Source: Cyanophora paradoxa CCMP329 (lineage: Eukaryota > Plantae > Glaucophyta). Taken from it: 64,000 nt of DNA. Location: assembly GCA_004431415.1 (NCBI GenBank), contig QPMI01000525.1:38187-102186 (forward strand). The letters run 5' to 3'. Position numbers and translations under genes: made by a program. Below are positions 49,462 through 61,230 of this stretch, in pieces (the stretch's first letter is position 1; each line of letters begins with the position of its first letter). The notes under the pieces are model-generated. The model made no database searches. It worked only from the letters and a program-made list of their open reading frames with translations, and had not been told where the DNA came from.

Positions 49462-49552
49462 TTATACTCTGATTCATTGTTATTTCCTGTGAAATTTGAG
49501 TCAACTCAACCCACTTAGTCAACCCTCCCATTGAATTCGTAACAAAATCCAT
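49340..49552 (-). CDS. Small hypothetical viral protein (70 aa) ending inside the hairpin
   Basis: ATG preceded by the element's TAGTAAAAG motif; the C-terminus CDRCDRSIPNF is encoded by the hairpin arm. Confidence 0.4.
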   Translation of the reverse strand: MDFVTNSMGGLTKWVELTQISQEITMNQSINAFFESTTPTNTEIFTIYEVLTEYGLCDRCDRSIPNFSIA

Positions 49553-49871
49553 ATACTTTTACTACTTTTACGATTAATATGAGTCAACCTTGAGTCCACT
49601 TAAATAATAGGGTAATAGGGGGAATCTAGGGCAGATGCTGAGTGTTATTGTAAGGAAATCGAATAGTATTCGAAATACTTGACATTGCTTAATGTAGGGT
49701 GCATTCATATTTCGGCTACATCATACAGTAGAATTCTATTGTAACAAAAGCTACTGTAGAAAGAAAATCATTGTAGAAAGCTATTGTAGGAAAGGATATA
49801 TTATATCCTTTTTTAACGATTGCCATTGTAATAAAAAGGTAAATTACCCTGTTTATCATTATAGAAACCCA

Positions 49872-50270
49872 TCAAAACGGGAATCTATCATGTTTATGTC
49901 TCTCAGTCTTCTCAAATGTTAAGAAATTCATTGTTTTATCGATCTCATCTGCTACTGATTGTGTTTTATGCTGAGCTTCTTTACCACAACTGAATATATC
50001 AATTGCTAACATGCCTTCATTGGAATAACAATGAGCTGTGCAATGGCTTTCATCTAATAGCAGAACCAATGCAAAACCAGGAGGTGATAGTTTGCCATCA
50101 AATATCTCACAATGCTTATGAACAATCCTAATACCTTGTCTCAATACTGCTTGTTCAAGGGTTCCCATAATCCAATTACCTAGGAAGCTAACATGCTCAT
50201 AACCTGTTGCTATAGCTGATTTAGCCTTGTAATCAAGCATAACATGAAAGCCTCTGTATTTAGTCTCCAT
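49872..50270 (-). CDS. speD: S-adenosylmethionine decarboxylase proenzyme homolog (short, prokaryotic-type, pyruvoyl-dependent)
   Basis: 132-aa intact ORF: PPGFALVLLLDESHCTAHCYSNEGMLAIDIFSCG, with the E-S-H autocleavage site and the D.F.CG motif. Confidence 0.88.
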   Translation of the reverse strand: METKYRGFHVMLDYKAKSAIATGYEHVSFLGNWIMGTLEQAVLRQGIRIVHKHCEIFDGKLSPPGFALVLLLDESHCTAHCYSNEGMLAIDIFSCGKEAQHKTQSVADEIDKTMNFLTFEKTERHKHDRFPF

Positions 50271-50325
50271 TAAGAATACCTTAGAAAAATTAACTAGTCA
50301 AACCTAATGCAAATATCCCTATACT

Positions 50326-50564
50326 CTACTCTGATTGATGAAGTAGCTCTTTTCCTGTGTGCTTGACTCTTTCTTTTGTTACAGTCCCTGCAACCTGATC
50401 CTTCACATGATTAAAGGGATAGGTAAGGATCACCTTATTACACTGCAAACATCTCACAGATACTTTCTCTTGAGCTTTGATGTAATGTGTCTCACTGTAA
50501 TCGAATTTATCTTTACCATGAACTGTCATAGCAGCATCAATAAACTTTTTTGTTTACTATCCAT
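50326..50564 (-). pseudogene. Fragment of a DUF723/homing-endonuclease-associated repeat protein (frameshift in an A-run)
   Basis: KKFIDAAMTVHGKDKFDYSETHYIKAQEKVSVRCLQC..PFNH resembles the F...A..HG..YDYS..Y.....V.I.C repeat of viral endonucleases. No nuclease domain is visible. Confidence 0.6.
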
Positions 50565-50586
50565 ACTCTATATATAACCAATATTC

Positions 50587-51420
50587 TTATGGAGCAGTAT
50601 CCTGTCCAAAAATGGGGAAATATCGATTTGTGCCATAATACTCAGCATAGGTATTCTGCCTTGCAATAAAATCGGTTCTCTCAGCATATAATACACACTT
50701 GTAGATACCAAACTTGGTGGCTCTCACCAGAAACTGATAGTCTTCCAAACCGAAATTGACTCCATGATAAGCAATACCAAAATTATCATATGGGGTGATC
50801 ACAACTGCAAAATTAGGAGTTCCACCCTCTACTTGACATACAGCATATACATCTGGTGGATATCCACAACTACCTTGTAGTGGTCACCAATTTCAACAAG
50901 AGAGTCTACTACTGCTGTTTGTTCATTTACAACAATGGGGAATATCTTTATAATGTATGGGGCATTCATGCTGGGGACATAGGTTCGAATTCTTGTGTTA
51001 GGATCAATGGGATTGGGTTGATCATTCACAAATAGAGGCGCTCCAACAGCCCCACCAACCCTAAGACCATCACCAATATAAGCTCCCCCGATTTGCAGTT
51101 AATAGCTCCAGACCTAGATTCAAAAGAATAAGTAGACAGAGGATCTCCATAGCTATCTGGGTCTCCATAATGAGCAGAAAAGTTTGCATTGGTAACAAGT
51201 AGCTTAGTTGTCTTAACTAATCCATTATTTTATCACATCTGAGTTCCTGCAATCTCAGTTTGTGGGTGGAACCAAAGGTGTTCATTGTAGGTTGGACCTC
51301 TGTGGATGGGAGACCCTCTACATCATCAAATGTAGCATGCTGCAGAACATGGTTTGCTGGGGCAGCTAATGATAGCTGTGGTGTTATAATTCGCTCTATT
51401 GGTGTGGGTGCCTCTGCCAT
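50587..51420 (-). CDS. Hypothetical viral protein A (frameshifted, ~275 aa), paralog of the neighbouring gene
   Basis: ORF pieces 51420-51217, 51029-50829 and 50802-50587 are collinear; N-terminal LQELRCDK..VKTTKLLVTNANF. Confidence 0.6.
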
Positions 51421-51443
51421 TTTACATTAAAGGGATATATCTT

Positions 51444-52288
51444 TTATGGGGTTGGGTCATCAATAATATCTGGCTCCATGTAAAACCCTGTAACTGAAAG
51501 AGTATCAGGAGTTACACCTCTAAGAGCTGATACAGCGGCTATATCTGTTCTCAAACCGATAAGAGTTATAGTATATAACCCAATATCTGTAACAAACAAG
51601 TCAAAGGTGAAATTATTATTATAAACACAGTAGCCATAACCGAAATGATTATATCCCTGAACATTGAAATAGTATTTATGACCTACTTGATTGTTGTTGG
51701 CTCTACAAAGGGAAAGCATTGCAGATGGAATCGCAAGACCTCTCAGTACTCTTTTGGTTCCTTCAATTAATTCCGAGTTTTCAAGAGTAACAGTATATCC
51801 AATGTAAAATTGAATTAATGGCTGCTGTGCGACAGGAGTATATAATCGAATTCGTTGGGGGTCTTCCACATTTTGCTCTAGAGTATCTGGGACATCATTA
51901 TACGAAATGGAGGATGAGAGTTGACCTGACACTCTGCAACCACCCCAATAAATGCTCCTCCTGATCTCACAGTAACAGCAGCAGTATTCTTGTCGAAATC
52001 TAGGGCTTTCAGGGCAACACTGTAAGCATCAGGACCTCCATTTGTAGGCTGGAAGAAGTTAGCATTGGTGACAAGAAGTCGAGTTGTTTTAACCACACCA
52101 GAATTCTTATCAGCTCTCAGCTCTTTAACTCGAATAATCGAATTCTTATCAAAGGAGTTACCATTGGAATTGGGTCTCTCTGTGGATTCTAAACCACGAA
52201 CCTCATCATTAACTTCATGCTGGCGAAAATGCATTGCAGGGGATCCAAGGGAATATATTGGAAGTTGAACTCGATTATATTCACCCAT
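51444..52288 (-). CDS. Hypothetical viral protein B (one frameshift near 51930, ~280 aa)
   Basis: Overlapping ORFs 52288-51878 and 51932-51444; VKELRADK..VKTTRLLVTNANF; upstream TAGTAAAAG motif. Confidence 0.65.
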
Positions 52289-52327
52289 GGCTTCTTTTAC
52301 TAAGAAGGAAAGAAAAATAAACTACCA

Positions 52328-52633
52328 TCAAGCCAAAGTGATTAAATTCGATCCAAGGGATTGGTAAACAGTTGAAAGAACTTGCAGGTTGGATGTCATT
52401 GCTTTAATGTTGTTATCACACTCATTGTATTTAGCAACAGGGTCACCATATGCAGCTTGAGCAAGGACATTAACCAAGAGGTTTTTATACTCATTTACAA
52501 CTGGTGAGAGCTTGTTAGTTTGCTGAATCGTTTTTTCAACTGTTTGTAATGCGTTTACAAGGGTGATTGTATCAAAAGAAAGTGCAACAGGCTCAGTAGA
52601 ATAGGTGGTTCCACCAAGAGGATAGGTCGCCAT
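52328..52633 (-). CDS. Hypothetical viral protein (101 aa, helical), abutting the fibre gene
   Basis: Intact ORF starting immediately after the fibre stop codon. Confidence 0.65.
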   Translation of the reverse strand: MATYPLGGTTYSTEPVALSFDTITLVNALQTVEKTIQQTNKLSPVVNEYKNLLVNVLAQAAYGDPVAKYNECDNNIKAMTSNLQVLSTVYQSLGSNLITLA

Positions 52634-55600
52634 TTATAATACTGTGATATTTTTAATTTGGTCTATTTGACTTTGGAGATTCTCACAGGTTTGTGTTAAA
52701 TCTTTGCATTTTTGGGATAACTCCTTCACTGCTTCAATGAGAACCGGAATTAAACCTGTGTATGCAAGGGTCAAATAATTTTCGTGATTTTTACCTACTA
52801 CTTCTGGTATGACTTTTTCGACATCTTGCGCAATCAAACCTAAGTTTACTTTCTGTTTTCCATCACCAATCTTTTTGTAACTCACACCCTGTAATTTCTC
52901 AATTGCTGAAAGGGCGCCGGTTATATTTTTAATGTCGGTTTTGTATCTTCTATCACTTCCTTGTGTAAGCCATCCCCAAAAGTAAACGTCACCATTATTA
53001 TAAAAAGCTTGCATTGTTATATCATTTCCTGCTCTAAAATGGATCATTTCGTAACCATAACCTTTAATGTATGTAGTTGATGATGAACCGAAATAAACTC
53101 TCCCATTACCTTCATCTGATGTTATCCAAGTTCCGGTTGCCCAAGTTGTGCGAGCATCTTTACTATATACATTATCCCAGCTGATCATACCATTTGCTGG
53201 TGAGGTTCTCCCTTTTTCTTTCGTCCATCCAACCATACCAATATAACATCTCCCTTTTCTTGCAACAAATCTAACATGTGAGAAATAATCACAAGCAAAA
53301 GAAGCCCACGCCAAACCATCGTGATAATCTGTGGTTCCATAATTTGAGACAGTCTGATAAGTATTAACTCGCATAATGTGGAACCATCTACCCGATCGAT
53401 AACCTCCAATATCGAAATATCGACAATTCGACCAACACAAATATTGGACATGACATGTTTGCATATTTGCTGGGACTTCAATTTGCGCCCAATCACCACT
53501 TGTCGAATCACCTTCAACAATACTATAAAATCCATCGACGGGATTAGAATAAGAAGCTGTCCAACCTGACACCCAAGATCCACTAAATGATAGACCACCA
53601 CTACCTGTTCCACTCCAAGTATCAAAACCTGTAATATTTCCAACTAAATTCGTTGTTAGTAGATTTGGCTTACTATAAATGTTATCCCAAGAAACATAAC
53701 CTGTGTGACCACCATAACTACTTCCTGTCCAAGTGCGAGTAAATCCAATGCCCATTATGTAAACTCTTCCTACCTTTGGAATAATACGAAGGCGAATAAA
53801 GCGATTTCCCAACATAATAGGGACATTTTGTAAACCATTGTGGTTTCCATCTGGTGCGCTTTCATATTGATGATAACTATTCACTCTTGCAATGAAAACC
53901 GCATTTCCTTGTCTATTAATTCCCCAAATCTCAAAGTAACGACAATTTACCCAAGGGAGATATAATAAGTGGGCTGTTCCCGTATATAAATCAGTGGGTA
54001 TTGTGTAATCAACCCATGAGCCGTTTACAACTGTGTCGCCACTCTCATTATTGTAAGCATACCCACCGTAATTGTAATAGGGTTCCCATGCTGTTCCACC
54101 TTCAAAACCCCAACCTCCTGCATAACCATGTGGCGAATTTCCTGCAACTGATGCATCATATTCTACACATCGAGGCATTGTTTTGTCGCCAAATTTATAG
54201 TTTGTAGTTGCATTTATTGAACCCCCATTAATAATTGTTCCACTTATAGTCGGAGCGGATACAGTATTATTCACCCAAAGGTTGCCGTTTTCATAAGATT
54301 TTAATAATGCTGCATCCCCTGAGTTTCTGAATTCGATGCAAACGCTGTCACTATTGGGTCTACCTCGAATATATGTAGTGCTGGCGTTTCCAAAATAAAA
54401 CCGCTCATAGTTGTCAGTTGATTTAAGCCATGTCTGGACAGCCCATGTTGCTGTTTGTGGGAGGTCTGCGGCTGTAAATAAAGCGGGACGACTGTAAATA
54501 TTATCCCAACTAATCAAACCATTCGCTGGTGCTGTTCTTCCTACTTCTTTTGTCCATCCAAGCATTCCAATGTGAATTCGTCCTTTCTTTGCAAAAATTC
54601 CAATATGAGAGAAATTCCCACAAAATACGGAAGTCCATAATAAACTCGAATGCCAATTTGTGTCGGCTGTGTTTTGAACATTTTGATACGTATTCACTCT
54701 CATAATATAATTCCAACGACCATTGCGGTATCCATAAATATCAAAATATCTTGAATTCGTCCAACATAAGTATTGTATGTGACAGGTTTCATTCCTGCTG
54801 GAACAACACACTGCATGTAGCCACTGCCACTTTCATCATCTGTCTGGTTGCAATAAAAACCCTCTACTGGGTTATCTGTTGTGGGTTTCCATGCTGTTGT
54901 CCAAGCCCAGCTGGGAATGCTACACCTGTGCTATTCCAACCACTTACAACATCAAACTCGGAATATTTGCCAACAGGATTGAAAGCAATATTATCGTAAT
55001 GCAATAATCCTGCATCATTATCAGTTGCTCTTTGTCGACTCCAACCAAAGACACCTGTAAGATAAATGCGACCTTTTCGCCCTTGAACATATATTTTACT
55101 GTAAAATTCGCAGTTTACTGAAGTAAATATTATAGCTGGGTATGTTCCATCTTGAACTGCAACATCCTGAAGTCCTTGATAGTTATTTATTCGTCTTAGG
55201 AAATGTTGATGTCCATTTACAGTTTGCCCGTAAATATCGAAATATCGACAAGTATGCCACAGTAAAAGTTGAATATAAAACGATTTCATACCTTCTGGAA
55301 CTGTCCAACGCATAAAACAACCATTACAATCTTCATCATTTTGTGGTATTGTATAACATCCTGTTTGTCCTGTTCTTTGTCCTGTCCAATTGACTGTCCA
55401 ATTATTTGCGCTTCTATCTGTTGATACTACATCTAACTGATCAAAATCATAACCTTTTGGAATTGTGGTTCCACCAATTTGTAGAGTGGTAGCATTCACA
55501 GTTCCATTGACAGTCCCACCTGTAAGAGGCAAATAGTTTGCAAGAGCTGTTGTTAACTCTGCATCTGTTGCATAACTGCTTAAATCTGCAGAGGTAAGAT

Positions 55601-58600
55601 AACCTTTATTGGTAAGGTAATCATCTGTGACCACTCCTGAAAGGGTTGTATTGTGTAAGTTTTTTGCTGCCATCCTCTGATTGACTTCTAAGGCGCCACC
55701 TGATGTTGTTTTAATCCAGGACATCTCACATTTACCATGATCATCTGTGGGTTGTCCTGCAACTGGAAGGTAGTTTACAACTTTCTCCCTTGTAAACACG
55801 ATTTTAGGTCTTGCTCCATCATATGGGTCTTGATCTGTTACATTAACTTGAATTGCTGCTGAAAAATTGGCTACTTGTCCTGTTTCTCCTGGGTGATAAT
55901 TCGTTACATAGATACTTGGGAAAGTATCATTAACTCCCACATTAAAATCGCCATCATAAACTCCATTAACAATTGGATCCCTGGGTAATCTTACTGCAAG
56001 AGTTCCCACCATTGGGGTTCCTGTTTGACCTGTAAAAGTCCCATTGAGACTAACATAATGATCATTCAAAAATAGCCTTTCAGGTGTATTACTGGATTGG
56101 TAAAGTGTAACTCCATTGAAAACATTTCCAATCGCATTCAACAGTGCAAATACTGGTTGTTGATCGATTTCACTCCAAGGGTGTCTGTGATTGCAGTTGG
56201 TGATCTGGGAATAATCATGACTGTGTGGATCAGGTGGAAAAGTTAATGGTGGATTTACGATTTGCTCCCATAAATGCCCATGGGAACTGGGAGGGAATGT
56301 TAATGGTGGATTTGTTATATGCTCCCATAAATGCTCATGTGCAAAATCTGTTATTTCATCTTTTGTGTGGGTGTGGTTGTCGATCCAACCTAAAACTACA
56401 TTGGATGTAGGATGATTTGGTAGATTTGCTGCAATATTCACAGTCAAATAGTCGACTTCTAGATTACTTCCGTAAATATTGCTTGCCCATAGATTACTGG
56501 TGTAAATGTTACTTGTATAAAGGTTACTGGTGAAAATGTTACTTGTGACTGTAAGGTTTGTGTCATTTTTGATCACAAAAAGAGAAAGAATGTTTGTTAA
56601 TTCACCTTCATCAATATATCCTTGCTCTTCTAAATAATCCTCTGTGACCACTCTCGAAATAGTCTCATTGTGAATATTCTTTGCAGCCATCCTCTGATTG
56701 GCTTCCAGAACCCACCATAGTTTGTTTTAATCCATGCAAGCTCTGCCCTTCCATAGTTATCATTTGCAGTTCCCACTATGGGAATATAGGAATATTTATC
56801 TCGACTGAAACTATCATTGGTCTTGATCCATCTAGACTGCTTACATCTGCTACATGAACCTGTATAGCAGAGTTGTAATTTTGGTAGGTTGCTGGGTCTG
56901 TTGGGACTCTGAATGTATCTGTGGGAATGTCAGCCTCCATGTAGCTTGACACAAAGATATTTGGTATGGTTGCTCCTGGTTCAGGTGGTGGATTATAAGA
57001 GCCTGGTAATGTCCTAATATGAAGTGGTCCTCTCATAGCTGAATTCGCAAGTGTCCCATTCACATGAACATAGTGGTGATTCAAAAAGATCCTTTCAGGG
57101 ACATTGCAAGTCTGGTAAAGAGAAACTCCCAGAGTAGCAAGAGGCTCAACTTTTGCAAATTCTGGTTGGTCATTGATCTCATCCCAGGTGTGTTCATGGT
57201 TGCTTGCTGCAAACTTATCTGGAATCCCATCAATATCACCCCAATCATGCCTGTGGTCTTCTGGTGGGTATTTCTGTGGTTTGCCTAAGATCTCATCCCA
57301 GTCATGATTGTGGTCCTCTGGAGGATATCTCGCTGGTTTATTGTTTATTTGCTCCCAGTCAGGGAAGATCTCGAAAACCTCAGGTTGCAAACCATCTGGT
57401 AACAGTTCCTCATGGGGGTCATGGGGTTGCTCATAGTCAACAGCTGGGGGATCATGACCATCTGCTAAATACTCCTCATGTGGTTCATAATTCTGCTCAT
57501 ACTCATACTCTTGTGGATCATGTCCATCTGCTAAATACTCCTCATGGGGTTCATAGTTCTGCTCATACTCATACTCTTGTGGGTCTAAGCCATCTGGTAA
57601 TATTTCCTCCTCATTGGGGTCATATTGATCATATTCATACTCTTGTGGGTCGAAACCATCTGGTAAATACTCTTCCTCATCTGGAACGAATTGATATTCA
57701 TCAAGCTCTAATATATCGACTTCAGGAGGTAAATACTGCTCATCTATTTGCTTTCTGGGTTCAATTATAGGTTTATTGCGAACTTGCTCCCAACTCACAA
57801 TATGCTGCCCAAAGGCTACATCTTCAGTTGCTGTGTATTCTCTTCCAGGCTGCTTCTTTGGTGTTAGATCGGGTGGTCCATTGGGAATGGAATAGGGAAT
57901 GGGACAGTAGGTCCATTGGGACCATAATGCTCAATGATTTCCCTTAGAGTTTTCTCACTAACAAGCTTCTCTCCATTTGCATACACATTGCTGCATGGAT
58001 ATTTCGCCATTGCCTGGTTCGAATTCCAAGGTCTTTCACATTGCTATACAAAGGCAAAGGTGCCTATCCATTTCGACTAAATCAGGATGCAAATGGATTG
58101 CTACTGGTTGACTGGGGCTACTGTTGATTGTAATTGATGGCTTTTTTGATGGACATCTTTTGGAGTAAAGAACCCAAAAGGCTCATTTCTTGCAAAGTCA
58201 TATGTAATATCCTTGGGGTAGACATCATTTGTGTAGGAGACCTGATTTGTATTGGCAATGGGACCCACTTGCAATACTTGGGGACCTCAGCTTTTGCAGT
58301 GCTGCCCTCATTGTAAATTCGCAAAGCTGTGTTCTGTTTGCCCTGCTCATCTTGAACATTGAAAATCAATCGACCACTATCGAACCTGGAAGGTATATCT
58401 GGGTGAGTGCCACTGGTTTTCAGTTTCCTAGGTCTCCTTCTGGTGGCTTTGATCTCTGCCACTTGGTTTGCTTTCACATTACCCAAACTAAAAGCAACAC
58501 TGACATCCTCTTTATCTGGATCGGTTTGATTCACAGATAAAGCATGCTCCCTTGATTGAGTCTTTGATGAATTATCAGAGCTGTGGTCAATTGAAACTGA

Positions 58601-58696
58601 ACCCTTTACTTTAATATTATCAAAGTTCACATGCTTGGTGCTGCTTGCATTATCATCTTGAATGGTTTCTAGATTGGGTGGGTAATTGAAGCTCAT
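52634..58696 (-). CDS. Giant modular fibre/spike protein with C-terminal peptidase S74 intramolecular chaperone (probably one ~2000-aa gene broken by frameshifts)
   Basis: C-terminus SDRRYKTDIKNI..GLIAQDVEKVIPEVV..LAYTGLIPVLIEAVKEL; HxHxWxxIxxxP repeats; four copies of a W..(C)RYF(D/E)I.G..R.N.Y module. The duplicated block WIKT..GG.LE.NQRMAAKN spans the 56776/56690 break, linking the ORFs. Confidence 0.8.
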
Positions 58697-58739
58697 GGCT
58701 TTTACTATATGGATTTATAAAATTCCTGATAAGTAAAAG
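58697..58739. promoter_or_regulatory. 43-bp divergent intergenic region with back-to-back (T/A)AGTAAAAG motifs
   Basis: TAGTAAAAG-CC-ATG on - and AAGTAAAAG-ATG on +; the same motif precedes the ATGs at 52288 and 49552. Confidence 0.7.
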
Positions 58740-60290
58740 ATGCCTCTCAAAGTAGTTCTCAGTTTGTCAGGGGAGGTGCAAGGGGCATTATCATAACCAG
58801 GCTGCTCAAAGAAATCGAAAATCGAACTGGCAGGAGAATAATCGATCTTGTGGATCTTGTGAGTGGAACTTCCACTGGTGGGATCATTGCTATTGGGTTA
58901 AACATCAGGCATCCTGATAAACCAGGTGAACCTAAACTGACAGCAAACGATTTACACAATATTTACCTAACTCAACTGCCCTTGATTTCGCAAATCCTCG
59001 AAATATCATTGAAAATGCCCTATTTAACACAAAGTATGATGTGGGACCCTTGGAGACTGCAATCAATTCAGTTACTGGTGAATCACTAATACAGGATTCC
59101 CTTAAGGACATTGTGATCACATCCTTTGATACTCAGAATATGAAACCAATATTTATCACAAATGACAACAATTACAACTTTATGCCTTGTAAGATTGCTG
59201 CTAGGGCTACTTCTGCTGCTCCTACATATTTCTCTCCTGTAAGCATTGTTGATTTCAATCGGGGAGTATATGTCTGTCTTATTGATGGTGCCATTTCGGG
59301 AAACAATAATCCCAGTGTGTGTGGTTACAGCCATGCAAAGAAGATTTACAGTGATGATGATGATATTATAGTAATAAGCATCTCTTGTGGTGAGGTAGAC
59401 CCACATTTAGAGTCTGATTATGTGGGTTATGCTTATGAGACTGTAAACAGCTGGGGTATTCTCTCATGGATTGCCTCAACAGATGGAAGCCCATTGATTA
59501 ACATGCTCATGGCTGCAAGTGAGCTTTCTGCCCTTGATAAAATGGAGGAGCTTTTACCCTACAACTATGATCAGGATTATGGGAGATACTATAGGTTATC
59601 AGTCCCTCTTCCAAATCATATAGTAAGCTCCCTGGATGACACATCTAAGATCCCAGACATGCTTGCATTCACTGAAACATACATTGCAGCAAACAATGAT
59701 ATGATCAATAAGCTTTGCAGCCTTCTAGTAGCAAACTATGAACTAAAGAACCCTTCAAAGGCTTACATTTCATCCACTCTCACTACATCACCTCCTTTGG
59801 ATGCCAATTGGTATCAGCTTGCAGATGATGCCTTTACTGCCTCATCCTCTGTGACAGGTAAAGAGCCTTTCATGGCTAGACTTCAGCATTTGGCTGGGAA
59901 GCTGGAGCCTATGCTCCTGAACAGATATGGGAAACCCCACTGAATACCTTCAAGTTGCTTTTCCATATACTTTTGAACTCTCCTCTGTGATTGCCTATGG
60001 ATCAGGGGACACCAATGCTTTATTAAGACTTTCAATGTGGCAACATCCACTGATGGGATCAACTGGTCTTTTATTCGATCAGATGGGCAAAACAAAATAT
60101 ATGTCTGTGAGAACATTAACAATGCTCACAACTCTGGTGATGTGGCTCTATTGAGTGGGTTCCTCTCAGCATCAAGGATGCTTTTTACATAGGTTATTCT
60201 CTGAGAATAAGATATATTCGCATTTATCCCCTTGTGTATGTGAATGCTCCCACAATGAGAGTTGACTTTACAGGTGCCTTTATTCGATAA
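58740..60290 (+). CDS. Patatin-like phospholipase fused to a C-terminal F5/8 type C (discoidin) domain (frameshifted)
   Basis: VLSLSGGGARGII (after restoring one G), SGTSTGG nucleophile elbow, ARATSAAPTYF, LIDGA. C-terminal FTASSS..EYLQV.F..STDGINW..RYIRIYP..TMRVDFTG. Confidence 0.88.
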
Positions 60291-61201
60291 ACTCCAACTG
60301 AAAAGAATTATCGATTCCATTCATATCAATCAGTTCACCAAAGTAATCTTTAAACTCCACAGTGAGTTCCCTTATCACCAGGTTTCTGTCATTGATTTGA
60401 ATAAATTCTGCATGTTCACCACTATGGTAAACATAGCCCCCTATATCTTTACTCAATTGCAATCTAAGGATAGCTCCCTGGTTTTGTGGTTGCGATTTTG
60501 GAATTATATTGTGTCTGCTGGCAAAGGGGGACAGCTCTTTAATATGCATGTACAGATACTGCTCAGCATTCATATCAGACATCTTCCTGCTGTCAAAATA
60601 ATATTGCAAGGGCTTAGAGGAGAGTCTGGGTCCTGAGAAGGTGATTCCCCATGCTGGGTGATCAGGTGTAATAGGTTTGCCATCATACTTTAAAAGGTTC
60701 TCAGGTCGATAGGGAGATCCACCAACAGGAGGAGTGCTATAATACCCAGTGGTGTATTCAGTAGAACTTACACCCAAAAGCTTTCCTATTCTCTGGTTGC
60801 TTGCAATAAACGAAACTCATGGTTACTGTAAAACTCCACTTTATAGGTTGTTGGTTGTAGAATATCTTGAACTCAAAAGCTACTGTTTGCCTGCAATAGT
60901 TTGGAAGCTTGAATAGTTCAGCCCATAATTATAAGGTGTGTGACCCAAAATGACCCTGATTGATGTAGCCACTGGGAAGGGATACACTTGTTGTGTGATC
61001 ACTTGGTTATATGAACCATCTTGGTAATTAAACTGAACTGTTAGATGATCAGTTCCACACTGTTATAGATACTGTTTGGAATCTCTGCATAGAGAACCCT
61101 ACATTCCTTGGTCTCTCTACTGGAGTGTGAGGGTGACCCTGTAAGAGTTTTCATTTGTCCTTGCTTCTATCCCTGCTATCAATATTAACGAGCCGGTTCA
61201 T
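60280..61201 (-). CDS. Minor capsid (penton) protein 1, single jelly-roll (frameshifted)
   Basis: MNRLVNIDSRDR...NSYRVTL at the N-terminus; YLYMHIKEL and IRELTVEFKDYFGELIDMNGIDNSFQLEF at the C-terminus, the PLV/NCLDV penton pattern. Confidence 0.8.
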
Positions 61202-61230
61202 TTTAATATATAAATATAGATAAAAGAAGA

